Shown here: in pieces, positions 1 to 13,430 of the stretch
Position numbering within the stretch: position 1 is the stretch's first letter
Layout: each line of letters begins with the position of its first letter
Source: Octopus vulgaris
Lineage: Eukaryota
Reading direction: 5' to 3'
NCBI GenBank assembly: GCA_951406725.2
Contig: OX597826.1
Location: forward strand, 7,998,001-8,062,000
DNA length: 64,000 nucleotides
Notes under the pieces: model-generated
What the model saw: only the letters and a program-made list of their open reading frames with translations
Database searches by the model: none
What the model was told of the DNA's origin: nothing
Translations under genes and position numbers: made by a program

Positions 1-479
1 GTAAAGCTGAGTCATATTTCATTTTTAGGTCACATATTGACTGCCTCAGTCCTCCTTTACACCATCATTTTTATACTTTTCACCATTGAAAATAATAATT
101 ATTATTATCATCATTCAGCAGTTTTAGTTTTATTGCGTGCTTTTACCGCACCATCTTGCACCTTGGGTAAGATCAGAGATTAAAAAAAAATTTTGGTATT
201 TTCTTTTGTATTGAGCGCACTCTACATTATACATGTTTAGTGCCTGGTCGTTCTAGTTCTGGGCTATTTTCTCTATAGTGTGCATATTTGTAATTCTTGT
301 GGTTTTGGGGTTTCCATTTATCTACATATATTTTTTTTTCATCCTTATTCATTTTCAATGCACAAATTATATTTGGAAAGCCTTGGAAATATCTACATTC
401 AAATTTTCTCTATTCTGAGATCTTTATATTTTGGAGAATTTTTTTCATTTCTCTAATAGATACTGTATTTACTTAATTT

Positions 480-552
<73 letters not shown>

Positions 553-553
<1 letters not shown>

Positions 554-1086
554 ACTCTTTTACTCTTTTACTTGTTTCAGTCATTTGATTGTGGCCATGT
601 TGGAGCATCGTCTTTAGTCGAGCAAATAGACCCCAGGACTCATTCTCTGCAAGCCTAGTACTTATTGTATCGGTCTCTTTTGCCGAACCGCTAAGTTACG
701 GGGACGTAAACACATCGTAAACGGGGACGTAAACAGCATCGGTTGTCAAGCAATGTTGGTGGGACAAACACAGACACAGAAACATATACACAAACATACA
801 TATATACATATATATACATACATATATATACATATATGTCTCGGGCTTCTTTCAGTTTCCTTCTACCAAATCCACTCACAAAGTTTTGGTCTGCCCGAGG
901 CTATAGTAGAAGACACTTCCCCAAGGTGTTACTTATCACACAGCCACTCCTACGCCTTTCTACCAAATCCACTCCCAAGTGCTTTGGTCGGCTCGAGGCT
1001 AGAGTAGTAAACACGCAAGGTGCCATGCAGTGGGACTGAACCCGGAACCATGCAGTTGGGAAGCAAGCTTCTTTCCACACACCCAT
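553..1086 (-). mobile_element. tRNA-derived SINE family A (CORE-like centre, internal TA/CA microsatellite), rearranged copy
   Basis: Matches the copies at 16390-16796, 58541-58967 and 63604-63947; internal duplication around 929-1030; tail GACTGAAACAAGTAAAAGAG on the minus strand. Confidence 0.85.
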
Positions 1087-1588
1087 TGTCTTCGGTCAGT
1101 GTCAATTCCTAATTGCTTCTATCAAGGCATAAACGGAAATGACTACTATTCCCTTCAAACTTTGCATCAATATTTTGAAACTGACCTATTTTCCATTACA
1201 TTTCAGACAGATTCGGCACTGAGTTGCTGAAGCAGAAATATCGTTATAACATATATTCAGCTCAGTACGACAGATTTGCTTGTTATTTGCTTGATCTTAA
1301 CTACTTGAGCATGTCCCTTAGTGGCTGACAATATGTGCATCTCTGATCATGAGCAGGTGTAGTGTACTGGGGTGCATCATAGCGATGTGGTGAGAGGGTT
1401 TCTCTCAGGTTTGAACAAATATAACAGATGCAAAGTTTGAAGAAAATATTAGCCATTTTTCATACTCTCTAGAGGTAAGTAAATAGGAAATAACAGTTGT
1501 TACCCACTGTTTCCTTCACTGTTTTCAACCTACACTAAACTCTAACAGTAAGCCATTACATATTAGGTGTTGTACACTAATCTATGTA

Positions 1589-1895
1589 TTGTTGTTTGTT
1601 CCTTCTCGAGCTATGCCTGGCTCATAAGGGCCGGTTTCCCGGTTTCCTTTGCGTATTGGTTCCCCACCTGGACGGGACGCCGGTCCGTCGCAGGTGAGCA
1701 GCAAGATGCAGGAGGAAAGAGTGAGAGAAAGTTGTGGCGAAGGAGTCGGCAGAAGTTTGCCATTACCTTCTGCCGGAGCCGCATGGAGTTTAGGTGTTTC
1801 GCTCATAAACACACACATCGCTCGGTCTGAGATTCGAATCCGCGATCACTCGACCGCGTGTCCGTAGCTCTAACCACCAAGCCATGTGCCTCCAC
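1589..1895 (-). mobile_element. tRNA-derived SINE family C, tail type 1
   Basis: Minus strand begins GTGGAGGCACATGGCTTGGTGG (A box) with GGATTCGAATC (B box); head and centre shared with 26994-27375; ends in AACAAACAA. Confidence 0.75.
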
Positions 1896-2041
1896 AATCT
1901 ATGTATACTTTATGCTAAAGTATGATCGCATTATTTTATGCTATAAATCAAATACTTTATACAACACTTGCAGCACATCACAGTGAAGTAACATTACACC
2001 CAATTTACTCTTAACATATCACGCCACACAACACAGTACAC

Positions 2042-2440
2042 GGATCTTTTCGGTTTGAAAGGCAGTTTTTTTTTTATAATTTCCACGTAACTAAACACTT
2101 TAAACTTCGTATACTGGTAGAATGTGTTTATAAAACATCTTTCTCTCTTGGTTTTATTGAGAAGATTCTATAGTTTGTAAGATAATTGTTGCTTTTTTTT
2201 CTTCAATTTCTGCATTTCAACCAATCAATGACGTCTATTGAGGTGAAATCATTCTGTACCGTATAAATATGTCCCTCGTTTAAGAAACAGATTGGGTTTA
2301 TTTACATTTCTGAGAAAAAAGATACCCTTCCCCCCACCCCTAACCCTAACTAACGCTAACCCTAAAACAGATTGAAATGCAATAGTTCGATACTAGTGTC
2401 ATAATTATGGGTGACGATTTCATATGACACCGCTAGATCC
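2042..2440. mobile_element. Non-autonomous DNA transposon (GGATC...GATCC ends, 8-bp TSD, Merlin-like) with internal telomeric repeats
   Basis: Reverse-complement homolog of 17223-17664; flanks CAGTACAC/CAGTACAA; CCCTAA repeats at about 2337-2365; right TIR reduced to AGATCC. Confidence 0.8.
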
Positions 2441-3302
2441 CAGTACAATATACACTCTTATGCCACAGGGCACAATATTTTCATCACATCACATTATACA
2501 CATAATGCTCTATATTATGTTGGCAAAACACTACGCTTTAGGAACAACGAACTTGTCTATATTGACAACACGTCACATTATACGTCAAAACACACTACGC
2601 TATAGTGAAAACACATTTTACCATAATTACAACACATATGCTACATTAATACTCAAAGACTGTTTTTACCCTAATGCAATTGCTACAGCATCACGAATTC
2701 ATTCCAGCTCAACGTTCCCATTCACTCGCTTCATCTAATCATTCTTTCACAATAGTTCGAACTGTAACATCAATAATAAGTAAGAACAGGCAAGTTTCAA
2801 ATTGTGAGGTAATAGAGTTATTTCTTCAATTACTACAGGTGTTGTTGCTGCTGCTGCTGCTGCTGCTGCCGTTACGACAATTGCACACCTGCACTGTTGC
2901 CATATTTCCTGTGAAGTAAAGAATACCAGGTGAAAATATGTGAACAAGATTTCTGACAAGAATGTGTAAAATTTTGTAAAAAGTGATGGCGGAAAGGGCG
3001 GTCGCTAACCTAGGTGTGTATGTTGAATTATGTCAGGTGCGTGAAGACGAAGAGAAAAACTGTTGGCTCCTACAACTACTACGAGGACAAAAGACGACGA
3101 GTGAGGACGAACACGCCATCACCACTACCATTACTACTACCGACAACATCATATCTACCACTGCTAAGGTCGCTGCTGCTAAATGTAATAATAAGAATAA
3201 TTTCTAACGTATGCTCAAGGTCACGATAATAGCAATTATAATAATAGTGTGCCGGCGATGCACTCTTCACCTACATACATATACACACACACACACACAT
3301 AC

Positions 3303-3335
<33 letters not shown>

Positions 3336-3611
3336 CACACACATATATATATATATGTATATGTGTGTGTATTTGTGAGTGTATATATATACATATGTGT
3401 ATATATATTATATATATATGCATATATATGTATAGATGGGCTGATAGATAGACATAAGTAATATAGTTATATGTATATTTATGGAAGTTCATATGTTGTA
3501 TATATATATATTTATATGTATATATATATATATATATGTTTGTGTGTATATATATATATATATATATGTATGAATGTATGTATACAAATGCATGTATATG
3601 TATTGTATATG

Positions 3612-3651
<40 letters not shown>

Positions 3652-3781
3652 ACATACATATGTGTGTATGTGTGAATATATATGTATGTATTTATATAAA
3701 TACACGTAAATTCCATTGTTGTCATCTAATTGTGTCGCTACATATTTATGTTAATGAAATATTGTAAACATAAATGTGTGC

Positions 3782-3820
<39 letters not shown>

Positions 3821-4024
3821 TATATATATCAGAGGAAGGGCGTACGTGCATGTGTGTAAGTCAGGATGAGCGTATGTATATTGGGGCATGCTGGGCCTCT
3901 GATGAAAAATATGTAAAATAACACGTGACATATACCAGGTCAGATATACATATGAGTGCGTGTGTGTGTGTTATATATATATGTTTACATATATATGTAT
4001 ATACATATATATACATATATATAT

Positions 4025-4065
<41 letters not shown>

Positions 4066-4085
4066 TATATATACATATATATATG

Positions 4086-4124
<39 letters not shown>

Positions 4125-4151
4125 GTACATATATATACATATATATTTATA

Positions 4152-4202
<51 letters not shown>

Positions 4203-4509
4203 GCGCGATATTGTATGCATGCGTTAGTAAGTATTAGCCATTATTAGACTATATCAGTGCAACAACATAAGATTTCTCGATCCGCCATTGTTAGTTTTAA
4301 AACTGATATATCGCATCAGTGTAAAAATAAAAGCAGTTGTCAACGGAAATTAACTTTCTGGTATTGATTAGAAAGTTACAAGAAAGAAACATATTAGCAG
4401 AAACATATTTTCTCTCGACATGAAAACGGCATCGAGCAACCGTTGGTGGGGGTCAACAGGTACGTTACTTAAAAATTGTCATCTTGACATTTTGTTGTTT
4501 ATCTACCTA

Positions 4510-4553
<44 letters not shown>

Positions 4554-4731
4554 TCTATCTATTTATCTACCTACATGTATCTCTATTTATCTGTCTCCCT
4601 ATCTATCTATCTGTCTGTCTGGTTGTCTGTCTATCACTCTGTATGTATGTATGTATATATTACTCATTCTTTCTTTATCTCACTTTCATTACTTTTGTTT
4701 CCTCTGTACATACACAAACACACACACGTAC

Positions 4732-4804
<73 letters not shown>

Positions 4805-4885
4805 TAGTTAATCCAAACTTGAACAAAGAGAAAAGACAACAACGCGAAGAGGTGGAACAAATATAGTGTTATTGGACGCTCAGGA
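4805..4885 (-). mobile_element. 3' fragment of the hammerhead-bearing repeat seen at 26360-26540, inserted in (TA)n
   Basis: GTTAATCCAAAC...GTGGAACAAATATAGTGTTATTGGACGCTCAGGA is the reverse complement of 26460-26538. Confidence 0.65.
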
Positions 4886-4911
4886 TATACATATACATAT
4901 ATACATATATA

Positions 4912-4956
<45 letters not shown>

Positions 4957-5153
4957 ACATACATATATATATATTTATATATACATTCATATATTTCTTC
5001 TGTTTGACCTACTTATTCTGTATACAGATACGTACAGACATACATACATGCACACATACTCACATACACACAAGCACACACACACACACACACACGTAAA
5101 TAGCAGTATTTGTATAAACTAACGTAACATCCACTCTTAAGTGGTGCTGAATA

Positions 5154-5347
5154 GAGTAACCCCTCGACTATCACAGGTATTTGGTTCCAAAACATCCCGC
5201 TATAGGTGAAAACTGCGAAGTAGAAACAGTACTGTACTATATTTCTCTGTATTATTTTTACCAATGGAGGAATCGACGTAAGCTTAAATAATAAACCGCG
5301 ATAAGTGAACCGCGACAGGTGAACCGCGATATGGCGAGGTATTACTG
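5154..5347. mobile_element. Tigger/pogo-like MITE
   Basis: Imperfect TIRs (G)AGTAACCCCTCGACTATCAC / GCGATATGGCGAGGTATTACTG; TA on the left, CA on the right. Confidence 0.6.
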
Positions 5348-5400
5348 CATTTTATCTTTCGGTACTAATACTGCTTCTCTCTCTCTCTCTCTCTCTGTTA

Positions 5401-5600
5401 TCTTTCTTTTACTTGTTTCAGTTATTTGACTACGGCCATGCTGGAGCACCGCTTCAGAAGGTTTTAGTCGAACACATTGATTCCAGCACATATTCTATCG
5501 GTTTGTTTTGCCGAACTGTTGCGTAAATACAGCAACATCTGTTGTCAAGCGATGGTGGGAGGGAGAAACACAGACACAAAAGCACACACATACGTACACA
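5401..5600 (-). mobile_element. SINE family A, 3' half
   Basis: TTACTTGTTTCAGTTATTTGACTACGGCCATGCTGGAGCACCGC and downstream homology to other copies. Confidence 0.75.
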
Positions 5601-5617
5601 CACATACACACACACAC

Positions 5618-5656
<39 letters not shown>

Positions 5657-5666
5657 ATGTGTGTGC

Positions 5667-5697
<31 letters not shown>

Positions 5698-6654
5698 TGT
5701 ATGCATGTATGTATGTAGAATCGGTCACTTCTACATAAGTTCAACAGAAATCACTTTCTAAAACCTTTTGAACCGTAATAATTAGGATGGCTTTTGGTGA
5801 TGGCTGGTCACGGAGTTCCCATCGGTTTCGCCCCTATACTACCCACGTTTCAAAATCGGGCAAAAACAAAACACAAAAGCAAGACGGGTGTGGCAATTAC
5901 AGCCATGGTGAATTAATAGAGTGACGCTTAGGAAAAATGGAAGTGTCCTTGACGATTCGAGCCTATGCACCTTTACAGGAATGAATGAGGAGAATACACA
6001 GTCGGAGAAACGGGAAAGTAACGGGGGGAAGCACAAACGTGTCTGGATTAACAGTTGCACAAGTTGAATTGACCGGAAGGCAGGATATGGTTGGAGACAG
6101 GGGTGGCAAGGGAGAAAACAGTGACCTCGCGAAAGTGTTTGTGTGTGCACACATGTGTACTTAAGTGAGAATAATGTTTGTGTGTGTGTGCGTATATGTG
6201 TGTACATGCAAGCGCGTGTGTATACATGAGTGAGTACGAAGATTTTGTGACCGTGTGTGTGTGTGGATGTGTATGTGTGCGTGTGTGTGCGTGTGTATGC
6301 GTGTAAGTGGAGTGTGTTTAGATGTATGTATATGCCACAAGGGTATAATGGTTATAATGTTGAAGAGAATGTTTGAGAGAGAGCATTTTGGAATATGGGA
6401 GGTGTGTGGTATGATTGTAAATGTGTGTGGAGATGGGTTTAGATAAAGAGAATTGAAGAACTGTGACCATGAGTGACTGAGGAATGCTGAGACAGAAAAT
6501 ATTTTCCTGCTGTTGACGGAAATTCAGCCAAACGGGGGAAAAGCATAAGTACCAGACCTGAAAATAATTAATGGGCCGATTTATTTGACCAAAAACCTTT
6601 TAATGTTTTGCGCCGCATGACCCAGTCCGATAGTATATAGAAATGGTCTGACCT

Positions 6655-6850
6655 AACGAGTGTTCCGTGGATTCGACCAACAGAACAGCTTGCTCATAAT
6701 AGTAACGTAAACGCAGGCTGGCCCATTGAAATACAGTTACAACCGATATTTTGCCAGCTGAATGGACATAAACTATAAAGGACACAACACGCCACGATTA
6801 CACGATCGAGAACTAAATACCCTAGTCACGAAGCGACGCGTCTTTACGTA
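6655..6850 (-). mobile_element. Degenerate SINE related to the tail of 26994-27375
   Basis: ACGAGTGTTCC...CAACAGAACAGCTTGCTC resembles 27017-27060. Confidence 0.4.
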
Positions 6851-7194
6851 CTCCGATAAGAGTAACAAGAAAAAAGTACAAGCCCAAATGGATGCTGTTT
6901 GGAAAGTCGTCTGCTAGTTCCAGTCAGTTGAATGACCCTTTTGAGCAGTTTCAGAAGCAGCAGAGGTTTACTGCTGCGGGTAGAGCAACATTTACTCAAT
7001 AAGTAAAGACAAAAATCGCAATGGTAAGAATTACTGATTAATAGAAGTCCAAATAGCTAAAAAACCGATCATACAAATATTTGCTGCGTTGTCACCAGCA
7101 GCCTGAACGTGATTAAAGCCAGCAGTAAAACAATCAGGATCACAACATACATTCATACGTATATACACACATATATACATACATACATACATAC

Positions 7195-7248
<54 letters not shown>

Positions 7249-7334
7249 ATATATATATGTATATGTGTGCGTTTGTGTGTGTGTATAGATATACATACAT
7301 ATATATATATATATATGTATGTATATCTATACAC

Positions 7335-7371
<37 letters not shown>

Positions 7372-8452
7372 CAGATACATATCCATATATATACACATAT
7401 ATAGGTATGTGTATATGTATATATATAATATCTGTATATATATATATGTAAGTTTATGTATATACATATGTATATATAAATGTGTGTATATATATATATA
7501 TATATATGTTTATGTATATACATATGTAGATATATATATGTATATATATATGTAAATATATATGTAGATATATATATGTATGTATGTGTGTATATATATT
7601 CATATATACATATGTATATATATATATATATATGCGTGTGTTTATATATATTTATATACATACACACATATATATATATGTATGTATGTATGTATTCGTA
7701 TATAAAAGCAACTAACAGTTAAGACAATGAGAAACGACCAGGAATACCTTTGATGTCAGAGGCAAAAAGATTGTGCCAGAGAAGCTATAACCTCTGTCAG
7801 CGCGTGCTGCTTGCATCATTAACTCACAATATAAAACTGTCATATTCACAGCTTAAAAGAACTATTAGATTCTCCATACTTGCCTTACTGAGTAACAATA
7901 TTTTCTTAATAATAGATCCTATTTGATGTTAGTTAGTGTTTAGCGGCTTTTTTCTGTTTTATATTTATTTTTCTTGTGGTCGTTGTTGCTGTTGTAGTTG
8001 TTTTTTTTTTTACTTTTTCTCCCTTTATTTTGAACTCTTTAAATCTATATTTATGTTATTGGCATCGCACGATTTGTTTTAGATCTGGAGAATATATCTC
8101 GATAGATGACGTTTAACGCTTCAGCCATCGCGGAGTTGGTCTCCGATGGACCGCTGTCATAAAATATTCGAGAAACCATTTATATTTTAAATGTCGCCGA
8201 TAGCAAAGAGAGAGAGAGAGAGAGGAAAGAGAAAAAAGAAAAAAACGAAATCGTTGCGCAACAAAAGAAATTAGATCTACGTAAATAAACCAAGACGTTG
8301 TTTGTTTAAAACAGATGAAAAAGTGGATTTTGTTTCAGGAAGATCATAAAATATTGCTTCTATTCAGCTCTTGTTTAAAGGTTTTATATACATATATATG
8401 AGTATATAGATATATATGAGTATATACATACGTGTGTGTGTGTGTGTGTGTT

Positions 8453-8494
<42 letters not shown>

Positions 8495-8689
8495 AGACGT
8501 GATAAAATCTTGCCCGATACGGTTTGTTTCATTTGTTCCTTACGTACGTTTTCATCGTCGTAGCTATCTACATCGCCTTTACTGGATTCTCTAAGTGTAA
8601 TTGAGTAAGTATATAACACATATACTTACACACACACACACACACATATACATATATACATATATTATATATACATATATTATATATAC

Positions 8690-8733
<44 letters not shown>

Positions 8734-8806
8734 CTTAAAAATCCTTTAAAATGTTTTAGCCCGAAGGCCGCGGCCATGCTGGGGCACCACCGCTGAATGA
8801 GCTACA

Positions 8807-11802
8807 CTAGTTTGTGAATCCACCTCTGATACGTGGCACTTGATCAACAAGGGAGTTCGATGCTGCTGCCCGCATCCGCGTCTCCTGTCGTGAGGTAGGT
8901 TCATCTGGGACTCCCAACAAGAAGAGATCCAGTTTAGTTTTAAAGAAACCCACATCCACACCATGTAAGTCTCTCAGGCATTTAGGGAGGATGTTAAAGA
9001 GCTGTGGTCCTCTGAAACCCAAGCTGTTGCAGTATCTGGACCTGTATTTTGATGGTGATGTTGGAATCCTTGGCACCACGCAGCGGCGCCCGTTCTGCGG
9101 TTGGAGTAACTTTGAATGCCAAAGTTTGGGACAAGACCCTCCAGGATTTTCCAGATGTATATCACTGCATATCTCTCCCGCCTCCGCTCTAGGGAGAAGA
9201 GGTTTAATACCTTCAGTCTTTCCCAGTAGCTGATATTTTGCATTGAGACGATTTTCTTTGTGTAGCTTCTCTGAATTGCTTCGAGTTCTGCTGTTTGTTT
9301 TATATTGTGTGGTGACCAAAGTTGGGAGCAGTAGTCCAAGCGGCTGAGGACGAATTTTTTCCATAGGACCATCAGTGTCTCCTTCTCTCTTGTTCTGAAA
9401 GTTCGGAGAATCCATCCAGCTAGCCGTCTGCATTTTATCACCAGATTAGCAATATGCATTTGGAAAGATGCATCATTGCTCATGTCAATGCCCAGGTCAC
9501 GCACTGATTTTGACTCAGGGATTGCAATTCTTCCTAGGCCAGTGTATCCAGTCTTCACGTCATTTACCTTTGTGTGCCAGTAGCGCAGGGCCTGGAACTT
9601 ACCTGCATTAAACTGCATGTTGTTGTCCTCAGCCCACCTGTATATTGTGTCCAGCTCATGTTGCAGATGCGCAATATTTTCAGGGTTTTGTATTGCGTGG
9701 GAGACTTGTGTGTCATCTGCATAGCCAGCAAGGGTGGTCATCGTAGCAACTGAAGGCATGTCTGAAAGGGCCACTATGAACATCAGTGGCCCCGAGACAG
9801 TGCCCTGTGGGACACCGCTTGTTATTTGCGTTTCCTTGGAGGTGGCTACATTGCTCACAACTGCCTGTTTTCTGTCTTTTAGGAAGTTGTGCAGCCACTC
9901 TCCAAGTTTCCCGCCTATGCCGAGACCACGCAGTTTGTGACAGATCATACCATGGTCGACTTTTGCAAAGTCGAGATATATTACATCCACATTTGAGCCA
10001 TTTAGTAGCTGTTTCAACACCCAGTCATAGTGTTGCAGGAGCTGTGTTAGGCAGCCTCTACCTGGTCGAAATCCATGCTGGGTGTCAGACAGCAAGTCAT
10101 TTTCTTCAAGGAACATGATTAGTTTCTTACGGACTATTCGTTCCATGACTTTGCTGATGTGTGAGGTCAGAGAGATAGGCCTATAATTTTTAGCATCTGC
10201 TCTGCTACCTCCCTTATGGATAGGGCATATTACCCCCTCTTTCAATTTGACTGGGAGCTTACCACTTGCAAGAAAGCTCTGAAAAAGAAGCTGTAGCGGT
10301 TTTGCAAGGGCTCGTTTGCACGATTTGAGAAGGATCGCTGGGAATCCATCAGGTCCAGCAGCTGAGTTTGTGTCAATCTCATCAATGGCTAGTGTGATAT
10401 CATCTTCGATGTTGATGTACTCAATTTTTGTCTCTTTGGCCGCAGGTAAAGTGGCAAAGAATTCTTCTGGGTTGTTTACTTGCCTGTGTCCTAGAGGTGT
10501 AGTGAACACACTTTGGAACTGTTCGTTCAGTATTTCACTTATCCTCGTGGGATTTCCTGTGAGAGAGCCATCTTTTTGGAAGAGAGGTCCTATTCTCTGG
10601 TGCACTGTGGCTGTCTCTTTGGCAAACTTAAAGAAAGCTTTAGGGTTTGATTTTATATTTTCTATTACCCAAGCTTCTTTATCTGCTCTCTCCTTTTCAT
10701 AGGACTGATGTAGACTTTTCTCAGTTTCCATTAGCATTCTTTCGAGCCATGACTTCTCACCACTTTTGGTGTGCTTGCTCAGGCGGTTTGCAATCCTTGT
10801 CCGTCGTCTCATAAGAATACTCCTTTCTCTAGGGATCCTGTTTTTGTTCTTGTGTGTGCTGGCCCTGCACACTGGGACATATTTGTCACATATGGCTTGT
10901 ATTATGGACATGAAGTGTTTGTGTTTCATGTTTATGTCCGGTGTGGAGAGACATTCAGGCCAATCCTGTTTGAGGATCTCTTTCTCAATCAACTTCCAGT
11001 TGGCTTTATGAAAGTTTAAGTTGGAGAGATGGTGGGTGCTTCGTATAGGCTGTGTGTCTGCGGGGGCTTTTGTTCCATACATAGACAGCTCTATTATGTT
11101 GTGATCCGAGATCATTGTCGGCATCACATTAACATTATGGATAATATCCATATTGTTTGTGAAGCAGAGATCCAGTATATTATCTGCCCTTGTTGGTTGC
11201 AGAACTATTTGCTCCATGAAAGAGGCATTTGTGAGATGGAGCAGGGACTCCACCTGTGCCTGCTGATGGTGTGTCATCCCTGGGAGCATCTGCCCCCCAG
11301 GCCATTCCACATTGGGGAGGTTAAAGTCACCCATGAAGAATACACTGTTGTGCTGTTCAAGGTTGGTGAGGACTTCTCCTATTTTTGTTAGGCAGTCTTC
11401 AAACATGCCTGAGTGTTTTGGGGCATCTGGTGGGCGATATGTAGTGCATATGACGATATTCAGTTGTCTTATGTGTACAATTTGAGTTTCACATACTGAG
11501 TTTGAATATGACAGCAGGACCTGGGGCGTGAGGTCATCTCGGATGTACATTGCAACTCCACCATGGCTCCTCCCTTTTCTATCTGTGCGTATGACTGCAT
11601 ATTGCGGCATGTGTATTTCTGCATCACCTATATCGGGTTCAAGATGCGTTTCTGTGAGTGCCATGCATATAGCTTGATTGCATGTCACAAGGTCTCTCAG
11701 GAATTAAATTTTCTTTTTACAGTTTCCGCGCAGCAGCCCTCCTACATTCAGTAGAAATATTTTTGTGGTGTGTGTGTTGGTGTTGGTGTCTGTGGTGGCC
11801 AT
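8807..11802 (-). pseudogene. LINE ORF2: AP endonuclease + reverse transcriptase, disrupted
   Basis: APE motifs LLNVGGL, LTETHL, GDFNLP, LDLCF, SDHN; RT motifs NYRPISLTS, QHGFR, GVPQG, YADD. Lesions: in-frame TAA at 11706-11704, YLDFAK-VDH lacking the usual AFDK near 9960, and a frameshift near 9090 (C-terminus continues in ORF 8807..9433). Confidence 0.93.
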
Positions 11803-12651
11803 CCTGCATCTGTTGGAGGTGGCCTTATGTGGTGGTAGTTCCAGCTTTGTGCTTGTAGCCAGGTCAGCTGCTGAACAATTTTTTGTGCCATGCACAAAAA
11901 AGATTGCTGTTCAGCTGCCGCCCTTCTCACATCTGGGTGAAGCTGGCCACCTGTTGGGTTTCCGCGCACCACATCTGCATACCGTCTTTCAGTAGTGGTC
12001 AGTGCACTTTTTTCTCTTCTTTTAACTTTTTCTTTTTGTTTTTGTTCTCCCTGAGGGAGAGGACATCTGTCTCGCGTCCGTGCGGTTTTGGTAGGGCCTC
12101 CGATGTGCAAAGCGACAGTTTGCACCTTCGACGCCGTACCAGCAGTCCCCCCTCAGGTAGAATTTGCAGGTGTTTCTTTCCCTGCCCTTACAGTTCTTGC
12201 TGGGGTCCCTCTGCTTTCTCTGGACAGGGCTTCCTTTAGCCTTGATTCTGGCGCCCTTTACCTGCTGCTTCCTATCAATTTCAGGGTGCCTTTCCTTTCT
12301 TGCGGCCATCGCACCTCTTTGGTCTTCAGTTGTGGTGTTGGAAGCTGGACATGTGTCATCGTTTCCCCGTGTTCCAGGCTTCTCCGTTTGGTTCTGGATG
12401 CTTTCTTCATCCTTTTGGCCCTCCCTGGTGCCGTCACCTCCCAGGATGATGTCCAGGGTGTCTACATGTTGCCTGATTAGAGCGTACGAACGGATAAATT
12501 CTCGCTTCTTTCGCTCTATCTGGGCAGTGGTTCTCGAAAAATTGTTGCTTTTCAGCGCCGCAGCAATAATATTGTTCGGCGAGTCGTCCTCAGCAATCTT
12601 CCAAGCGCGGACGAACAATTGCACCTCTCTCGCAGACCAGTTTCTCGCCAT
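11748..12651 (-). pseudogene. LINE ORF1 with N-terminal Myb/SANT-trihelix-like domain and CCCH zinc finger, probably frameshifted
   Basis: MARNWSAREVQLFVRAW...IAAAL...RTTAQIERK...Y (12651-12472); CKFYLRGDCWYGVEGANCRFAH (12168-12103); likely continuation (RYADVV...PQKYFY) in ORF 11748..12125, overlapping the ORF2 start. Confidence 0.75.
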
Positions 12652-12747
12652 TTTCTTCTAGTGAAATATAGGAACAGAGAGAGAGATAGAGAAGGAGAGA
12701 TAAGATGGAGAGGGAGAAGATACAGAGAGAGACAGAGAGACAGAGAA

Positions 12748-12987
<240 letters not shown>

Positions 12988-13430
12988 AACTCAACGTAGG
13001 CGGAATTTTGACTCAGAACATAAAACGAACAAAATACCACTAAGCATTTTGCTCGGTATGCTAACAATTCTTTTTTCTACTCTAGGCACAAGACCCGAAA
13101 TTTTTGGGGAAGGGGTCAGTCGATTAGATCGACCCTCGTACGCATCTGGTACTCAATTTATCGACCCGTCGGCTGAATTTGAACTCAGAATTTAAAGACA
13201 GATGAAATACCTATTTCTTTACTACCCACAAGGGGCTAAGTAAAAAGGGTCAAACAAGGAAGGACAAACGGATTAAGTCGCTTATATCAACCCCAGTGCG
13301 TAATTGGTACTTATTTAATCGACCCCGAAAGGATGACCTCGGCGGAATTTGAACTTAGAACGTAACGGCAGACGAAATGCCTTTAAGCATTTTGCCCGGC
13401 GTGCTAACCTTCCCACCAGCTCGCCGCCTT
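12988..13430 (-). mobile_element. Cluster of SINE family B pieces (two tail types)
   Basis: Repeated GGCGGAATTTGAACTCAGAAC (B box on minus) and TCGACCCCGAAAGGATG; tails GTGCCTAGAGTAGAAAA and AGCCCCTTGTGGGTAGTAAAGAAATAG. Confidence 0.8.

Larger units (their letters stand above)
8731..12680 (-). mobile_element. Nearly full-length non-LTR retrotransposon (APE+RT LINE, CR1/L2 group), decayed
   Basis: ORF1, ORF2, short 3' UTR and a two-unit tail (ATTTTAAAGG/ATTTTTAAGG); higher GC than flanks; (TA)n at the 3' side and (TCTA)n upstream of the 5' side. Confidence 0.92.

Noticed and set aside
4420-4466. Possible small exon (ATG...CAG|GTACGT)
   Set aside because: Only a donor-like motif; no recognisable peptide or partner exons
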